Shown in pieces: positions 1 to 8,882 of a stretch of DNA of 46,356 bases. Every line of letters begins with the position of its first letter. Positions within the stretch are counted from its first letter, which is position 1. The position numbers and the translations under genes were made by a program. Below the pieces are notes generated by a model. It saw only the letters and a program-made list of their open reading frames with translations. It did not search any database and was not told the origin of the DNA. The DNA lies in IMG/VR virus record IMGVR_UViG_3300037515_000063, positions 1-46,356 of that record; one strand, given 5' to 3'. This DNA comes from a virus. Its lineage: Duplodnaviria; Caudoviricetes.

Positions 1-1572
1 CGTCGTGGGCATACGCGGTAGTCCATGTGGTCTTGTTCGTCCCCGCGTCGTAGGAACCTGTCAAGACCTCCCGTTGATCCAGGAATGGCGTGTAGCCCAT
101 GGTGGCGTCCTGCGTCTCTCGCTCAATAGGAAGCTGCTCCAGATAGATGTCCCCGTCGTCGCGCTCAATCAGGACCACAAGGAACCCGGAAAAGACAGCC
201 ATCCCATGTACGAAGGCGTCGGACTCAGTGTCTCCGAAGGTGTATTTGCCCCATGCACTTTGAAGCTTTGCGTTCCCGTCGAAGAAGGTCCGGTAGCAGA
301 AGACACAGTTCTGTGCTCCTGTCGTCAGGACGAACACGGTGGACGTGGTAGCGTCAGTCTCAATCTTCAGGATGTCCGTAGGGATGTACCCCAAGACGTG
401 CTTCGTGACGTCAGACGCCGTGTTGGACAAGGTGGCGTCGTTGAAATAATACTCATACAGGATGGCGTTGCTCTGCGCTGCGGAGCCGAAATACAAGACA
501 TCACCCATCGACGCAGGACGCGCCAGGGGTGACGAGGTGTAGGTGGTCGCTTGGTCAAACTCCGCAGACTCAGGGGTGAAGGCCCCCAGGCTGGTTAGCT
601 CGAACTGCGCGCGGGCCGAGGTACAGAACAGGATCTTGCGAAACGTAAGGCCGGCTTTCAGAATGTTGACGTCGTTGGTGGTGGCTGCCCGGTCCACGGG
701 ATCTGTCGCCAGCACTTCGACTGACTTCTCAGGCCAGAGATTGAACACGTCAGACGTCTGAGACGTGATGACATTTTCATCTGACAGAAGCGCCAGCCGC
801 CCCCGAAAGAACGTGACATCCTGGATGACCCGGCCAATAAAGGACGGGGCGGGCGCTAGGTCTTCGTCCCCGGCGTTGCGTGCGTTCCAGGGGGCGGCCT
901 TAAACGTAAAGGTGCCGTCAGACTCACGGATCAGGCGGTGTGGCATCGTCCCCGCGTCAAAGATGTTATGCGCGGTGGGGTCCGCTGTCTCTTTCCAGGT
1001 ACTCGTGACGGTGTCGTCAATGGCGTAGTAGGAGCCGAAGCCGTCGACTGCCGTCCCCCGGACGCGCCAGATGTTTCCGGTTCCTGTCGGGCCGGGGAGG
1101 TTGGTGAATGACTGCTTGGTGCCTGTCACAGTCCCAGTCAGTACCTCTGCCATCTTAGTGACGACCTGCCGGTTAACGACAAACGTGTTGTCGGCCACGG
1201 AGGTAGCTCGGATATCCTCGACAGCCGCCCCCAGGAGATATGTCATATCCATGAAGGTGGCCTTCAGGGTCAGCGTCGACGTGTCAGCAGCTGCCCCGGT
1301 GGTCACAGAGACGCGTAGGAAGTTGTGGTCCCCGGTAGCGACTGCGTCAATCGTGGTGGTGAAAGAGCCTGACGCGGCCCCGCCGATACCCGTCTCCAGA
1401 TCGTTCCAGGCCACGCCATCGGCGCTACCCTCAACCTTGAAGCGCAGGGTGGTGGCATCCGAGGACTTCCACTCCCAGTCCAACTCCGTCTCGGATACCG
1501 AGAAGTCAATCGGGATCTCCATGTCGGCGGCGTCAATCTGAACGATCCCCGTGTTATCTAGGTCTACCTGCT
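1..1572. repeat. Diverged terminal direct repeat; second copy at 44785-46356
   Basis: Colinear at offset 44,784. Identical over 1-127 and 1461-1572, with many substitutions in between. Confidence 0.95.
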
Positions 1573-1906
1573 CAGTCAGGAAGTAGCGCGTGCTGTCCCC
1601 GATGTTCACAGTGATCTCGGCACCTGTGATCGCGTTGACCGCCTGGATCACCCCGTTGCTAAAGAGGACGAAGGTCTGCTCTGTCTCGTCCCGGTCAATA
1701 GGATGCACGTAGTATTCACTGTCAGCGTCCACAAAGGCGAGCTTGGAGATAAGCTGCGAGCCGGGACGCTTTTCGAAACCGCCCGTCACCACACTCGGGA
1801 GGGCGTTAGTCACAACCTCAAGCTGATTGTGCTGCCTTACGGGCGTCGGCTGCCGACTTACGCCCCCGAATAGCGTGGGGATCTTCTGCTCAATCAGCTT
1901 CGCCAT
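1..1906 (-). CDS. Tail tubular protein B (T7 gp12-like), 5' part; runs off the window edge
   Basis: ATG at 1906 reads MAKLIEQKIPTLFGGVSRQP...GGFEKRPGS, a typical gp12-like N-terminus. It follows tail tube A and is in frame with the allele at 44291-46356. The joined gene is about 799 aa. Missing from the ORF track because it has no stop in the window. Confidence 0.9.
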   Translation of the reverse strand, partial: MAKLIEQKIPTLFGGVSRQPTPVRQHNQLEVVTNALPSVVTGGFEKRPGSQLISKLAFVDADSEYYVHPIDRDETEQTFVLFSNGVIQAVNAITGAEITVNIGDSTRYFLTEQVDLDNTGIVQIDAADMEIPIDFSVSETELDWEWKSSDATTLRFKVEGSADGVAWNDLETGIGGAASGSFTTTIDAVATGDHNFLRVSVTTGAAADTSTLTLKATFMDMTYLLGAAVEDIRATSVADNTFVVNRQVVTKMAEVLTGTVTGTKQSFTNLPGPTGTGNIWRVRGTAVDGFGSYYAIDDTVTSTWKETADPTAHNIFDAGTMPHRLIRESDGTFTFKAAPWNARNAGDEDLAPAPSFIGRVIQDVTFFRGRLALLSDENVITSQTSDVFNLWPEKSVEVLATDPVDRAATTNDVNILKAGLTFRKILFCTSARAQFELTSLGAFTPESAEFDQATTYTSSPLARPASMGDVLYFGSAAQSNAILYEYYFNDATLSNTASDVTKHVLGYIPTDILKIETDATTSTVFVLTTGAQNCVFCYRTFFDGNAKLQSAWGKYTFGDTESDAFVHGMAVFSGFLVVLIERDDGDIYLEQLPIERETQDATMGYTPFLDQREVLTGSYDAGTNKTTWTTAYAHD

Positions 1907-1917
1907 GTAGGGGCCTC

Positions 1918-2571
1918 TTAGCTAGTGGAGAACGGGCTGTAGCGCTGGGTAGCGTTACGGAGGTGGGTGTTAGACCGGAAGAAGCTAAAGTCGTCAGCGG
2001 CTTCGTCAGCCTGAATGGCGTTTATCATAGCCTCGTACTCCTCTTCGCGGGAGATGTTATGGAGTACCTGTGACCCCATGGCCCCCTTCTGGAACCGGCG
2101 AGCCGCCTTGGTCCAGATGTACGTTTGGAGCGCCGGGGGCAGAGCTGCGAAGTCCAGCAACCGGACCAGGTCCACGGTGATGGTGTCAAGGTTATCCCAT
2201 GTAACCGTGTTGTTCGCCTTGTCGTACAAGCGGTAGCCAGTGCCGTCCTCGGTCTGTCGCAGCGCCACATCCAGATGTGAGGAGGGCCGGTAGGTCGCTG
2301 TACGACCATAAGGGACCGTGGTGGACGTGTCGACGCTGAGGATGTCCACCGCAATCACAAACTCGTTGCTGGCATTGCGCGTCAGGGCAACCGCCTTCTC
2401 TGTGTTGGCGTGCCATCCAATCATCTGGACCTCACGGCTGACCAGGTCGAGAATAGCGGCCGCCTTGGCTGCGTCGGTGAGCCCGGCGGTGATCGTCTGA
2501 ACCGCAGCTTCCCCGATGGTCCAGAGGATCTCGTTGACTGCCTCAAGGCGCGACATATGGGCTAGTTGCAT
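1918..2571 (-). CDS. Tail tubular protein A (T7 gp11-like)
   Basis: N-terminal LEAVNEILWTIGEAAV, then GWHANTE and FAALPPALQTYI motifs. Lies between capsid and tube B. Confidence 0.92.
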   Translation of the reverse strand: MQLAHMSRLEAVNEILWTIGEAAVQTITAGLTDAAKAAAILDLVSREVQMIGWHANTEKAVALTRNASNEFVIAVDILSVDTSTTVPYGRTATYRPSSHLDVALRQTEDGTGYRLYDKANNTVTWDNLDTITVDLVRLLDFAALPPALQTYIWTKAARRFQKGAMGSQVLHNISREEEYEAMINAIQADEAADDFSFFRSNTHLRNATQRYSPFSTS

Positions 2572-2588
2572 GGGGGATATCCTTAAGG

Positions 2589-2643
2589 AAAAAAGGGCCT
2601 CCCCGTAGAGACATACAAGATGCCATTCCTACGGGGAGACCCT
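2589..2643 (-). terminator. Intrinsic terminator
   Basis: Minus strand reads agggtctccccgtag...ctacggggaggccct followed by T6. Confidence 0.8.
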
Positions 2644-2673
2644 GAGCGCACAGGAGGGGAAGCCGTGCGCTCT

Positions 2674-2994
2674 TTACTTGGTGGCCGAGGAGGCCTTACC
2701 GGACTTCGGCAGCGCCGGGGGAGCCGGGCTGATCAGAGGCGTCGTTTCATTCTTCTCGTCTTTGACAGCCTGCATAGCGGCGGCGACCGCGATAGCCAGG
2801 GAGTTGATGTCCACCGCAGCTGGACCAGGGACGCCGCGCTCAAACCGGTGAGCATTGGCGCGGTATTCCTCGAACCGCTTCTCCATGGCTTCAAGGCGAG
2901 CCGCGGGCATCGGGCTGCCCTTAGCGGCCAGCTTCGCGCACTCTTTACGCCAGTTCTCTTCTTGCGTGAAAACCCACGCGCTATCGTGTTTCAT
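2674..2994 (-). CDS. Hypothetical protein downstream of capsid
   Basis: 106-aa ORF with a GAGGGG RBS, bounded by two hairpins. Confidence 0.7.
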   Translation of the reverse strand: MKHDSAWVFTQEENWRKECAKLAAKGSPMPAARLEAMEKRFEEYRANAHRFERGVPGPAAVDINSLAIAVAAAMQAVKDEKNETTPLISPAPPALPKSGKASSATK

Positions 2995-3016
2995 CGAAGG
3001 TATCCCCTCTGGAATT

Positions 3017-3050
3017 GAAAGAAGTACGAGTGTCCCCGAAGGGACACCCG
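3017..3050 (-). terminator. Post-capsid terminator (T-phi-like)
   Basis: gtgtccc-TTCG-gggacac hairpin followed by a pyrimidine-rich tail, just after the capsid stop codon. Confidence 0.7.
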
Positions 3051-3063
3051 CACAGGAGGTAGC

Positions 3064-3991
3064 TTAAGCCGTGATTTCCCACGTGAACTCATTACGGACA
3101 GGACCGTGACCCACTGCGACTTTAGCCACAATGAAGTCCTCCTGCCGACGAGTATCACGGTCAGTCTCAAGACCCATGCCGATCAGCTTGACCGTACCAA
3201 CGCCGTCGTTGGCCCAGCCCACACCCAGCGTACCACTATAGTCAGCGCGGTACTTCGCCTTGACGTCAGCGTTGGCTGCGTCGTTGGCGGAGGGGAGCAG
3301 GTTGGAAGGGAAGACCGTAACGTTGCCATTACGGACCTGAGGGCCGGTGTTCATCAGCCCCTCGTCGTTCATTGAGAAGCGCCGGTCTTTGAAGATGAAG
3401 CCGTTGGCCGCATCATCGTCGACATAAGCGTTCGCGATGGAGTCGAACGTGGGGAATGGAACAGCCAGCCACAGGTTCTCGTCTTCGCCGTTATCAGCGG
3501 CAGCGTCGAGTTCCATGGCCCGCATAGCTTCCCACCACTGCGCACCGGCAGCCGTAGCTGCGATGGTGCCTGAGGTGTCAGAGCTGGTGATCACCTGCCC
3601 GTTCCCAAACGGAGAGGTCATAGAAGCACTGGGGAGCGAAGTGTCAGCACGTGCAGTCTTGACAATCGTCCGGTAGACGTTGGTGTCGAGGACGCGCGCG
3701 AGCGCCTTCCCCAGCTCTTCCGTATACCGCCCACGAACCTCAAAGTGGCTCATGGCTTCATCAAGATCATAGATGCCGATGTGAGAGACAAGCAGCCCGT
3801 CAATCGAAATGACGTTCTCAGTTTCGTCAGTATCCTGACCGAGCATTTCCTGCCCGGCTACGTGGTAGGCCGCGTTGACCTTCCAAGTCTTAGGGAACTG
3901 AGCCGACTTGCCGTTAGCAATTTCACGGACGTAATGTTTGTCCATGGTGTGCGTCTTCTCAGTGAAAGCAGCGAATACCTCACCTCCGAAG
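3064..3991 (-). CDS. Major capsid protein, exon 2
   Basis: FGGEVFAAF...REIANGKSAQFP...ISIDGLLVS...YTEELGKALA...VGHGPVR, all T7 gp10-like. The first ~72 aa of the track ORF 3064-4206 are translated intron. Confidence 0.95.
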
Positions 3992-4242
3992 CATGTGTGT
4001 TCAATGAAGGGCGTTAACCTCCACCCGCCCCGGGGGGCTGCTGCATGTTGCCATGCAGATCGGACTATATCATAATCAGCACTCGGTATGCTGACTCCCT
4101 GCGCTTCGGCGCACTTGCGCCTACTCCGTGGATAGTCTCTGAACCTTCTCCTGTACGTTACCTCAGGAGCTTGGCTGCTGATTGCCCGCGTGGGGTGTCC
4201 CAGCAATTCACAGGGTTTAATGAAGACCTAAGTCAAGACTCA
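3992..4242 (-). ncRNA. Group I self-splicing intron, no endonuclease ORF
   Basis: Core elements P (AATTGCTGGG), Q (AATCAGCAG), R (GTTCAGAGACTA) and S (TGATATAGTCC). P3 ccctgtg/cgcaggg, P7 gacta/tagtc, P8 tcagca/tgctga, P9 ctgcatg-GCAA-catgcag. The 5' exon ends in U paired to G of the IGS, and the intron ends in G. Confidence 0.93.
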
Positions 4243-4334
4243 ATCTTCAGGAAGAGACCCGTCTGGTCCCCCGTGTTCGCGACGTCTTCGCCGAAACGCG
4301 TGGGGGCGCTAGGGTCTCCTACGAATAGCGCCAT
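4243..4334 (-). CDS. Major capsid protein, exon 1
   Basis: AAGGAAAA RBS, then ATG at 4334: MALFVGDPSAPTRFGEDVANTGDQTGLFLK plus 2 nt (AT). Joining to C at 3991 gives LFLKIFGGEV. Spliced product is 339 aa. Confidence 0.92.
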
Positions 4335-4536
4335 GAGATTTTCCTTTATGGCTTTTGTTGTAGGGAGTTTGACCCATTCTTTCTGGTTGACATTGGTTGA
4401 CAGGGAGAACCCGCCGCAACGGGGGGCACCTGCGCCTTTGCGCCTTCAGACTGGTATAAGATCAGGGACCCCGGTGATCAGCCAGGGTCCTTTCGACAAG
4501 TGAGCTCGGGGATCAATCCGCACTCACTCAATTAGA

Positions 4537-5070
4537 TTAGACGATACTCAGCGTGCCAGTCGCAGCAACGTCAAAGTCCAGCGCCTCTTCAGCGGCTGCG
4601 TCGGTGATCAGACCAACGCGGATAACGTCACCCGGGACCAACCCGCCGACGTAGGTGTCTGCGTTGAATTCATGGGTAGCCGAGACAGGGCCATCAAGGA
4701 AGCCCTCGTCTGCGTATGCGACCACGTCGTTGTTCAGGAAGATCGCAGCGATCACGGTGTCCTCGGAGTCAGGGACCGTGATGGACCCCTCAGCGACATC
4801 TAGATCCTTGACGGCCACGCGGACAGCGCCACCTACCGGACCGGAGTAGATCAGGCCGGGCTCCTCGTCGAGGTCGTGGCCTTCAGCGCCTGCAACTTCT
4901 CCAGTACGACCTTCAGCCGTGCCGGAGTATAGCCAGTCAGCACCGTTGCCAGTGGCTGTGGTGATGGCCAGGGCCTCAGCGCCCCCGGTGTCAACCTCGG
5001 CTGCCGCGGCTTCCGTGTAGGTGCCGATGAAGGGGACGGTCACGAGCCGCTGTGAATTAGTAAGGGACAT
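4537..5070 (-). CDS. Acidic hypothetical protein, possible virion/decoration protein
   Basis: 177 aa, D/E/A/G/T-rich with a beta-strand pattern. TAATG coupling to the upstream gene. Confidence 0.7.
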   Translation of the reverse strand: MSLTNSQRLVTVPFIGTYTEAAAAEVDTGGAEALAITTATGNGADWLYSGTAEGRTGEVAGAEGHDLDEEPGLIYSGPVGGAVRVAVKDLDVAEGSITVPDSEDTVIAAIFLNNDVVAYADEGFLDGPVSATHEFNADTYVGGLVPGDVIRVGLITDAAAEEALDFDVAATGTLSIV

Positions 5071-5717
5071 TATTTCTTCTCTTTCTTAGTGTCTACGAGA
5101 GTGGCGTTGCACGCGATGGAGACGCGGGTGCCCTCCCCTTTTACAGGATGAACGAAGTGAGGTAGCCATGATGGAAACACCACCATAGATCCGACCTTGG
5201 GTCGGAGGCGCGCGCCGGGCTGCATTACGAGACCGGGGATAGCGGCGTTGATGCCGCGCTGATCCACGAACTCTAGAGTGCCGGGTGCTGCCTTTACCCC
5301 TGTTGCCATCGTTAGGTCGGCTTCTTCGTCCGTCCCGGAGACGTAGTAGACCCCGGCGAAGTGGCAATTCGGGTGTGTATGGACAGTGGCGTAACCACCA
5401 TCCGTGTACGCCATGGCCCACGCCTGCATCTTGAAGGCGTATTGGGCGTCTGGGCCGCCGCCGTGAGCGACAGCTAGCTGTGCGAAGTTGTCGTTAAACA
5501 TCTTAGCGAGCTGGCGACCGGCAGGCCCACAGTCCGTTAGAACCGTGTCCTTGCTGTGCCATGTTCCGGCGACGTTGCTGCGGTAGATCCCTGCGGGGTC
5601 CACCACGCGCATGGCCCCGATGTACGCCATCAGGGCTTCGTTGAGTTTTGCGGGGGTCGCGTATTCCTTGACCACAAGTTGGGTCGGGAAGATTGTGGAG
5701 ACCTGAACCGCAGCCAT
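5070..5717 (-). CDS. Putative 2OG-Fe(II) oxygenase (TIGR02466-like)
   Basis: HTHPNCHFAGVYYV, FPSWLPHFV and RVSIACN motifs. Confidence 0.85.
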   Translation of the reverse strand: MAAVQVSTIFPTQLVVKEYATPAKLNEALMAYIGAMRVVDPAGIYRSNVAGTWHSKDTVLTDCGPAGRQLAKMFNDNFAQLAVAHGGGPDAQYAFKMQAWAMAYTDGGYATVHTHPNCHFAGVYYVSGTDEEADLTMATGVKAAPGTLEFVDQRGINAAIPGLVMQPGARLRPKVGSMVVFPSWLPHFVHPVKGEGTRVSIACNATLVDTKKEKK

Positions 5718-6535
5718 TAGAAGCCGACCGTATGCGACCGGGGGTTCATTGAGAAGCTAGACCGCGAGGCCTTCTCCATGACCTGACGGCGGTACTGATC
5801 GCCAAGGGGGCCGCGTAGGCGGTACTTGGGGTCCTGGATGGCGATGGTCAGGTCGTTCTGTGACGCGAAGCCCTCAGGCGTAGGGGCTTCCCCCTGTGTC
5901 ACTGGTGCACCACCCTTGAGCGCCTTGAGCTTAGTTACGGCGGCTTCCCAGTTGGGGCTACCCAGCTCCTGCTCGATAGCGGTCCGCTGATCCTGGGTCC
6001 ATCCCGCCCTGTCCACCAGCGCCTTGTATTCAGCCAGCCCGGCTTCCCCACCCAGCTCGTGCATAATGGTCGACAACTGAGCGACGACGCTGCTCTCGAC
6101 GCCTGCAATGTACTGATCGATGATCTCGTTCGGGATGCCGATCTTGTTCAGCTTGTCCCGGTCAGAGGCGTCGATGTTGCCCGTCTCAGCCAACGCCGTA
6201 GTCATGGCGTCAAAGTCCACCCCGGCCTTCTGGGCGGCCTCTTCAGCAGCTCCTGTGTCCAGGTCCACCGGGGTCTCTACGACCGGCACAGTGGGCGTCT
6301 CAGAGGTCTTGGGAGTGCCTTGCTTCAGCTTGTACTCCGCCTCGACGGCGTGTGATTTCCAGTCGTAGCTCTTGGTATCCGCGTTGTAATATTTGGTGTA
6401 CTGTTCTTGAGATACTCCCAGCGCAGTCCAGGCTGCGGAAGGGTCCTGTGGAACAACCCCCACCTCTTCAGGGGTAATGTGAGTGCCTCCGTTCATGCCC
6501 CCGGGGGCGGGAGTCGTCAGTGTGTTCTCGTCCAT
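5717..6535 (-). CDS. Capsid assembly/scaffolding protein (T7 gp9-like)
   Basis: Acidic and helical, with a C-terminal EGFASQNDLTIAIQDPKY...YRRQV motif. Lies between portal and capsid. Confidence 0.88.
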   Translation of the reverse strand: MDENTLTTPAPGGMNGGTHITPEEVGVVPQDPSAAWTALGVSQEQYTKYYNADTKSYDWKSHAVEAEYKLKQGTPKTSETPTVPVVETPVDLDTGAAEEAAQKAGVDFDAMTTALAETGNIDASDRDKLNKIGIPNEIIDQYIAGVESSVVAQLSTIMHELGGEAGLAEYKALVDRAGWTQDQRTAIEQELGSPNWEAAVTKLKALKGGAPVTQGEAPTPEGFASQNDLTIAIQDPKYRLRGPLGDQYRRQVMEKASRSSFSMNPRSHTVGF

Positions 6536-6747
6536 TAGCTATCCCCTTCGCTCTCTTCAATCACCTGGACAATCAGGCGGTCACACTCATGCAGCAAGAC
6601 GACCTGCTCGGCGGTCGCCCTGCCTTCCTTGTAGGCCCGCATGGCTTGGTAGCGTTCCTTGGATTTGCTGATGTTGTCACCAGCTACCACGGAGGCGTCC
6701 TTGCCAAACGGCTTCTTCTCGTTGTACGGCTTTGTGTCCCACGACAT
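6535..6747 (-). CDS. Hypothetical protein
   Basis: 70 aa, translationally coupled to both portal and scaffold. Confidence 0.7.
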   Translation of the reverse strand: MSWDTKPYNEKKPFGKDASVVAGDNISKSKERYQAMRAYKEGRATAEQVVLLHECDRLIVQVIEESEGDS

Positions 6748-8261
6748 TACATGTTCCCCTCGGCTAGTTTAGGTGCTGCGGCCTGCATGGCCTGCATGGC
6801 TGCTTGACGGGCCTCACGCTGCTCCGCGAACTGCTGAGCCTCTTCTTCAGAGCGCACCATGTCTGGCAGGCCCATACCTACGAAGGCGCGCCCGATCAGC
6901 TTAGACAGCTTGACCACATCAGTTGCGTCAGGGCCAAACGCCTGAACCACCTGTGCGCCCTGCATCGCAGCCTGGGCGTCTCTCTCCCGGGATAAGGCTT
7001 CCAAACCAGTCAGGATCTTGGAGCTAACCATCCCCGGAGGGAGCGGCGGGGCCTTGTTAGCCTTGACGAGATTGATGATTAGCAGGGCGGTGCGGGCCGC
7101 AAGAACGTCTGTAGCAATGGTCCCGAATACACCACCAACTGAGCCTTCAATCTCTTCGATGTCAGACTGGATCTCTGTCGCAGTGACGCGCTCGGCGTTA
7201 CGCCGGGCCCCAGCCATCAGGAGGAAGGCCTTACTTAGGCGCTCCGTCATGATGCTGATCTGAGCTTCCGTTAGCTGGTAGCCAGCGCCGTTCGCGAACG
7301 ACTTCAGTTCGATAGATGCCGGATCACACATAAGCATCCCGCCGTTCTGGATTTCCTTCAGGCGATTGCGAATACTGGGGGCCGTTGCGCCGGGGGCTAC
7401 CGCAATAAAGTGGAAGCCAGCCATGGCAGCCAGTTCCAGCCCGGCCTTCTCAAGGGTCTCCAGGGAGCGTAAGTCGCTACAGTGTAGCTCGACCTTGGAG
7501 CGTCCGTAGCTTTCGCCGGGGACCTTGCTCCACCTGTGGACACGCCACGGCAGCTCTTCCACCGGGTAGGTTACACGCTCACCCACCTGTGCGCCGGTAT
7601 CCGTCTGCTTGACCTCGTAGTAGCGGTCTTCGTTGACGTCATACCATACGCGGGTGTAGAACTCGTACTCGCCCTCTTGGTTCTTTGACAGCCCCTTGCG
7701 CTGTGCCGCCGAGAGGCGCTTCAGCGGGATGTCGTCAGGGTACTCACACTCTTTAACGATCAGCTCCAGCAGCTTTCCCTTACGGTTACTGCGGCAGACG
7801 AACTGGTCGAGGCGGTAGGTGGTCAGTGTGTTGTCACTGTGTTGAAACTCAGCGACCGATCCGGCAACCATGAGCTGCTCGATCTGCTGGAGAGTTACTC
7901 CCCGCCAGTCGGCGCGTTCCATTTCAGCCTGGATGATCTGCTCGTAAAGCGCCAGTTGCTTCTCCAGATCAGGAGGCACTTCGCCCCCGTTCTGTAACCG
8001 GGCCTCGGGGGTCAGGTCCAAACGCATATAAGGCCGCCCCGCGGGCAGCAGGGCGGAGGTCATACGGTTAGATAGGTTTGAGACAGCATACGACCCCAGG
8101 CCCTGGTAGGCCTCAACGAGGTGTGAGCTGCGATGGTGGCCTTCGAGAGGCATCGCTGACGGGACTGTCAGAAGGGCGTTATGCCTAGCCCGCTGGAGGA
8201 ACTGGTTTCGTTCCTGACTATCAGCGGTGTCGTACCGCGCCTTCCACGTATCACCCATCAA
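6747..8261 (-). CDS. Portal / head-tail connector (T7 gp8-like)
   Basis: YQGLGSYAVSNL, GESYGRS and RNAERVTATEI motifs; 504 aa. Confidence 0.95.
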   Translation of the reverse strand: MMGDTWKARYDTADSQERNQFLQRARHNALLTVPSAMPLEGHHRSSHLVEAYQGLGSYAVSNLSNRMTSALLPAGRPYMRLDLTPEARLQNGGEVPPDLEKQLALYEQIIQAEMERADWRGVTLQQIEQLMVAGSVAEFQHSDNTLTTYRLDQFVCRSNRKGKLLELIVKECEYPDDIPLKRLSAAQRKGLSKNQEGEYEFYTRVWYDVNEDRYYEVKQTDTGAQVGERVTYPVEELPWRVHRWSKVPGESYGRSKVELHCSDLRSLETLEKAGLELAAMAGFHFIAVAPGATAPSIRNRLKEIQNGGMLMCDPASIELKSFANGAGYQLTEAQISIMTERLSKAFLLMAGARRNAERVTATEIQSDIEEIEGSVGGVFGTIATDVLAARTALLIINLVKANKAPPLPPGMVSSKILTGLEALSRERDAQAAMQGAQVVQAFGPDATDVVKLSKLIGRAFVGMGLPDMVRSEEEAQQFAEQREARQAAMQAMQAAAPKLAEGNM

Positions 8262-8269
8262 GGCTCCCC

Positions 8270-8527
8270 TTAACTAATTGAAATGCCGCCGCGCGTGGAC
8301 TGGCCACCGTCTAGGTCATTGCGAAGTGACGCCTTGCCGATCTTAGATGCGGCCAGTGCGCGTCTCTTGCGGGCCTCCGCCAGCTGGGCAGGGCGGTTAG
8401 GGTCGACGGACGACTTCTTGACAGTCGGCTTCTTAGGCTCTTTGTAGACGTTGATGCTTGGCTTGTCGGCCCCGCCCAGGAGGCCGCCGGTCAGCATACT
8501 ACCGAGGCCCTTAACTGCTTTGCTCAT
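8270..8527 (-). CDS. Small basic virion protein (gp7.3-like)
   Basis: K/R/G-rich with GKASLRNDL near the C-terminus, immediately before the portal. Confidence 0.7.
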   Translation of the reverse strand: MSKAVKGLGSMLTGGLLGGADKPSINVYKEPKKPTVKKSSVDPNRPAQLAEARKRRALAASKIGKASLRNDLDGGQSTRGGISIS

Positions 8528-8882
8528 AGTGGAGGTCCCTTGTGAAGATGTAGAATGGTTCGATATGAACAGCCTTGGCGCGCTGGACGATCTGGACCGC
8601 GCGGGGGTGGCTGTCAGACTGGACGACCACGGCAGAGCAGCCGGAGAAGCCGAAGATGTCGAAGATCAGGTGAATAAACCGCCGGGAGTACCAGCGTCCG
8701 TGCCACCCAGGGTCCGCGCAGATGTGCATTTCCAGTATCCCAGGGGCCGGGGTGACGGTAAACAACGCCACCACGACCAACTGGTCCCCTAAGGAAGCTT
8801 CAAGCGCCCAGCTACCCCTTATCAACAACGAGGGAAACGCCACGGGGTGACAGCGGCTCACGAAGTCCACCCGATCCGTCAT
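8511..8882 (-). CDS. Possible GNAT-fold/acetyltransferase-like protein
   Basis: LEMHICADPGWHGRW resembles GNAT motif A, and the position matches such genes in T7-like phages. Start at 8882 is inferred. Confidence 0.5.
   Translation of the reverse strand: MTDRVDFVSRCHPVAFPSLLIRGSWALEASLGDQLVVVALFTVTPAPGILEMHICADPGWHGRWYSRRFIHLIFDIFGFSGCSAVVVQSDSHPRAVQIVQRAKAVHIEPFYIFTRDLHYEQSS

Noticed and set aside
2994-3070. T7 10A/10B-style frameshift extension of the capsid
   Set aside because: No clear slippery sequence before the stop, a terminator-like hairpin follows, and the next ORF has its own RBS.
3992-4206. N-terminal 72 aa of the track ORF 3064-4206 as a capsid extension
   Set aside because: It is translated intron sequence with no RBS. 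The true start is 4334.
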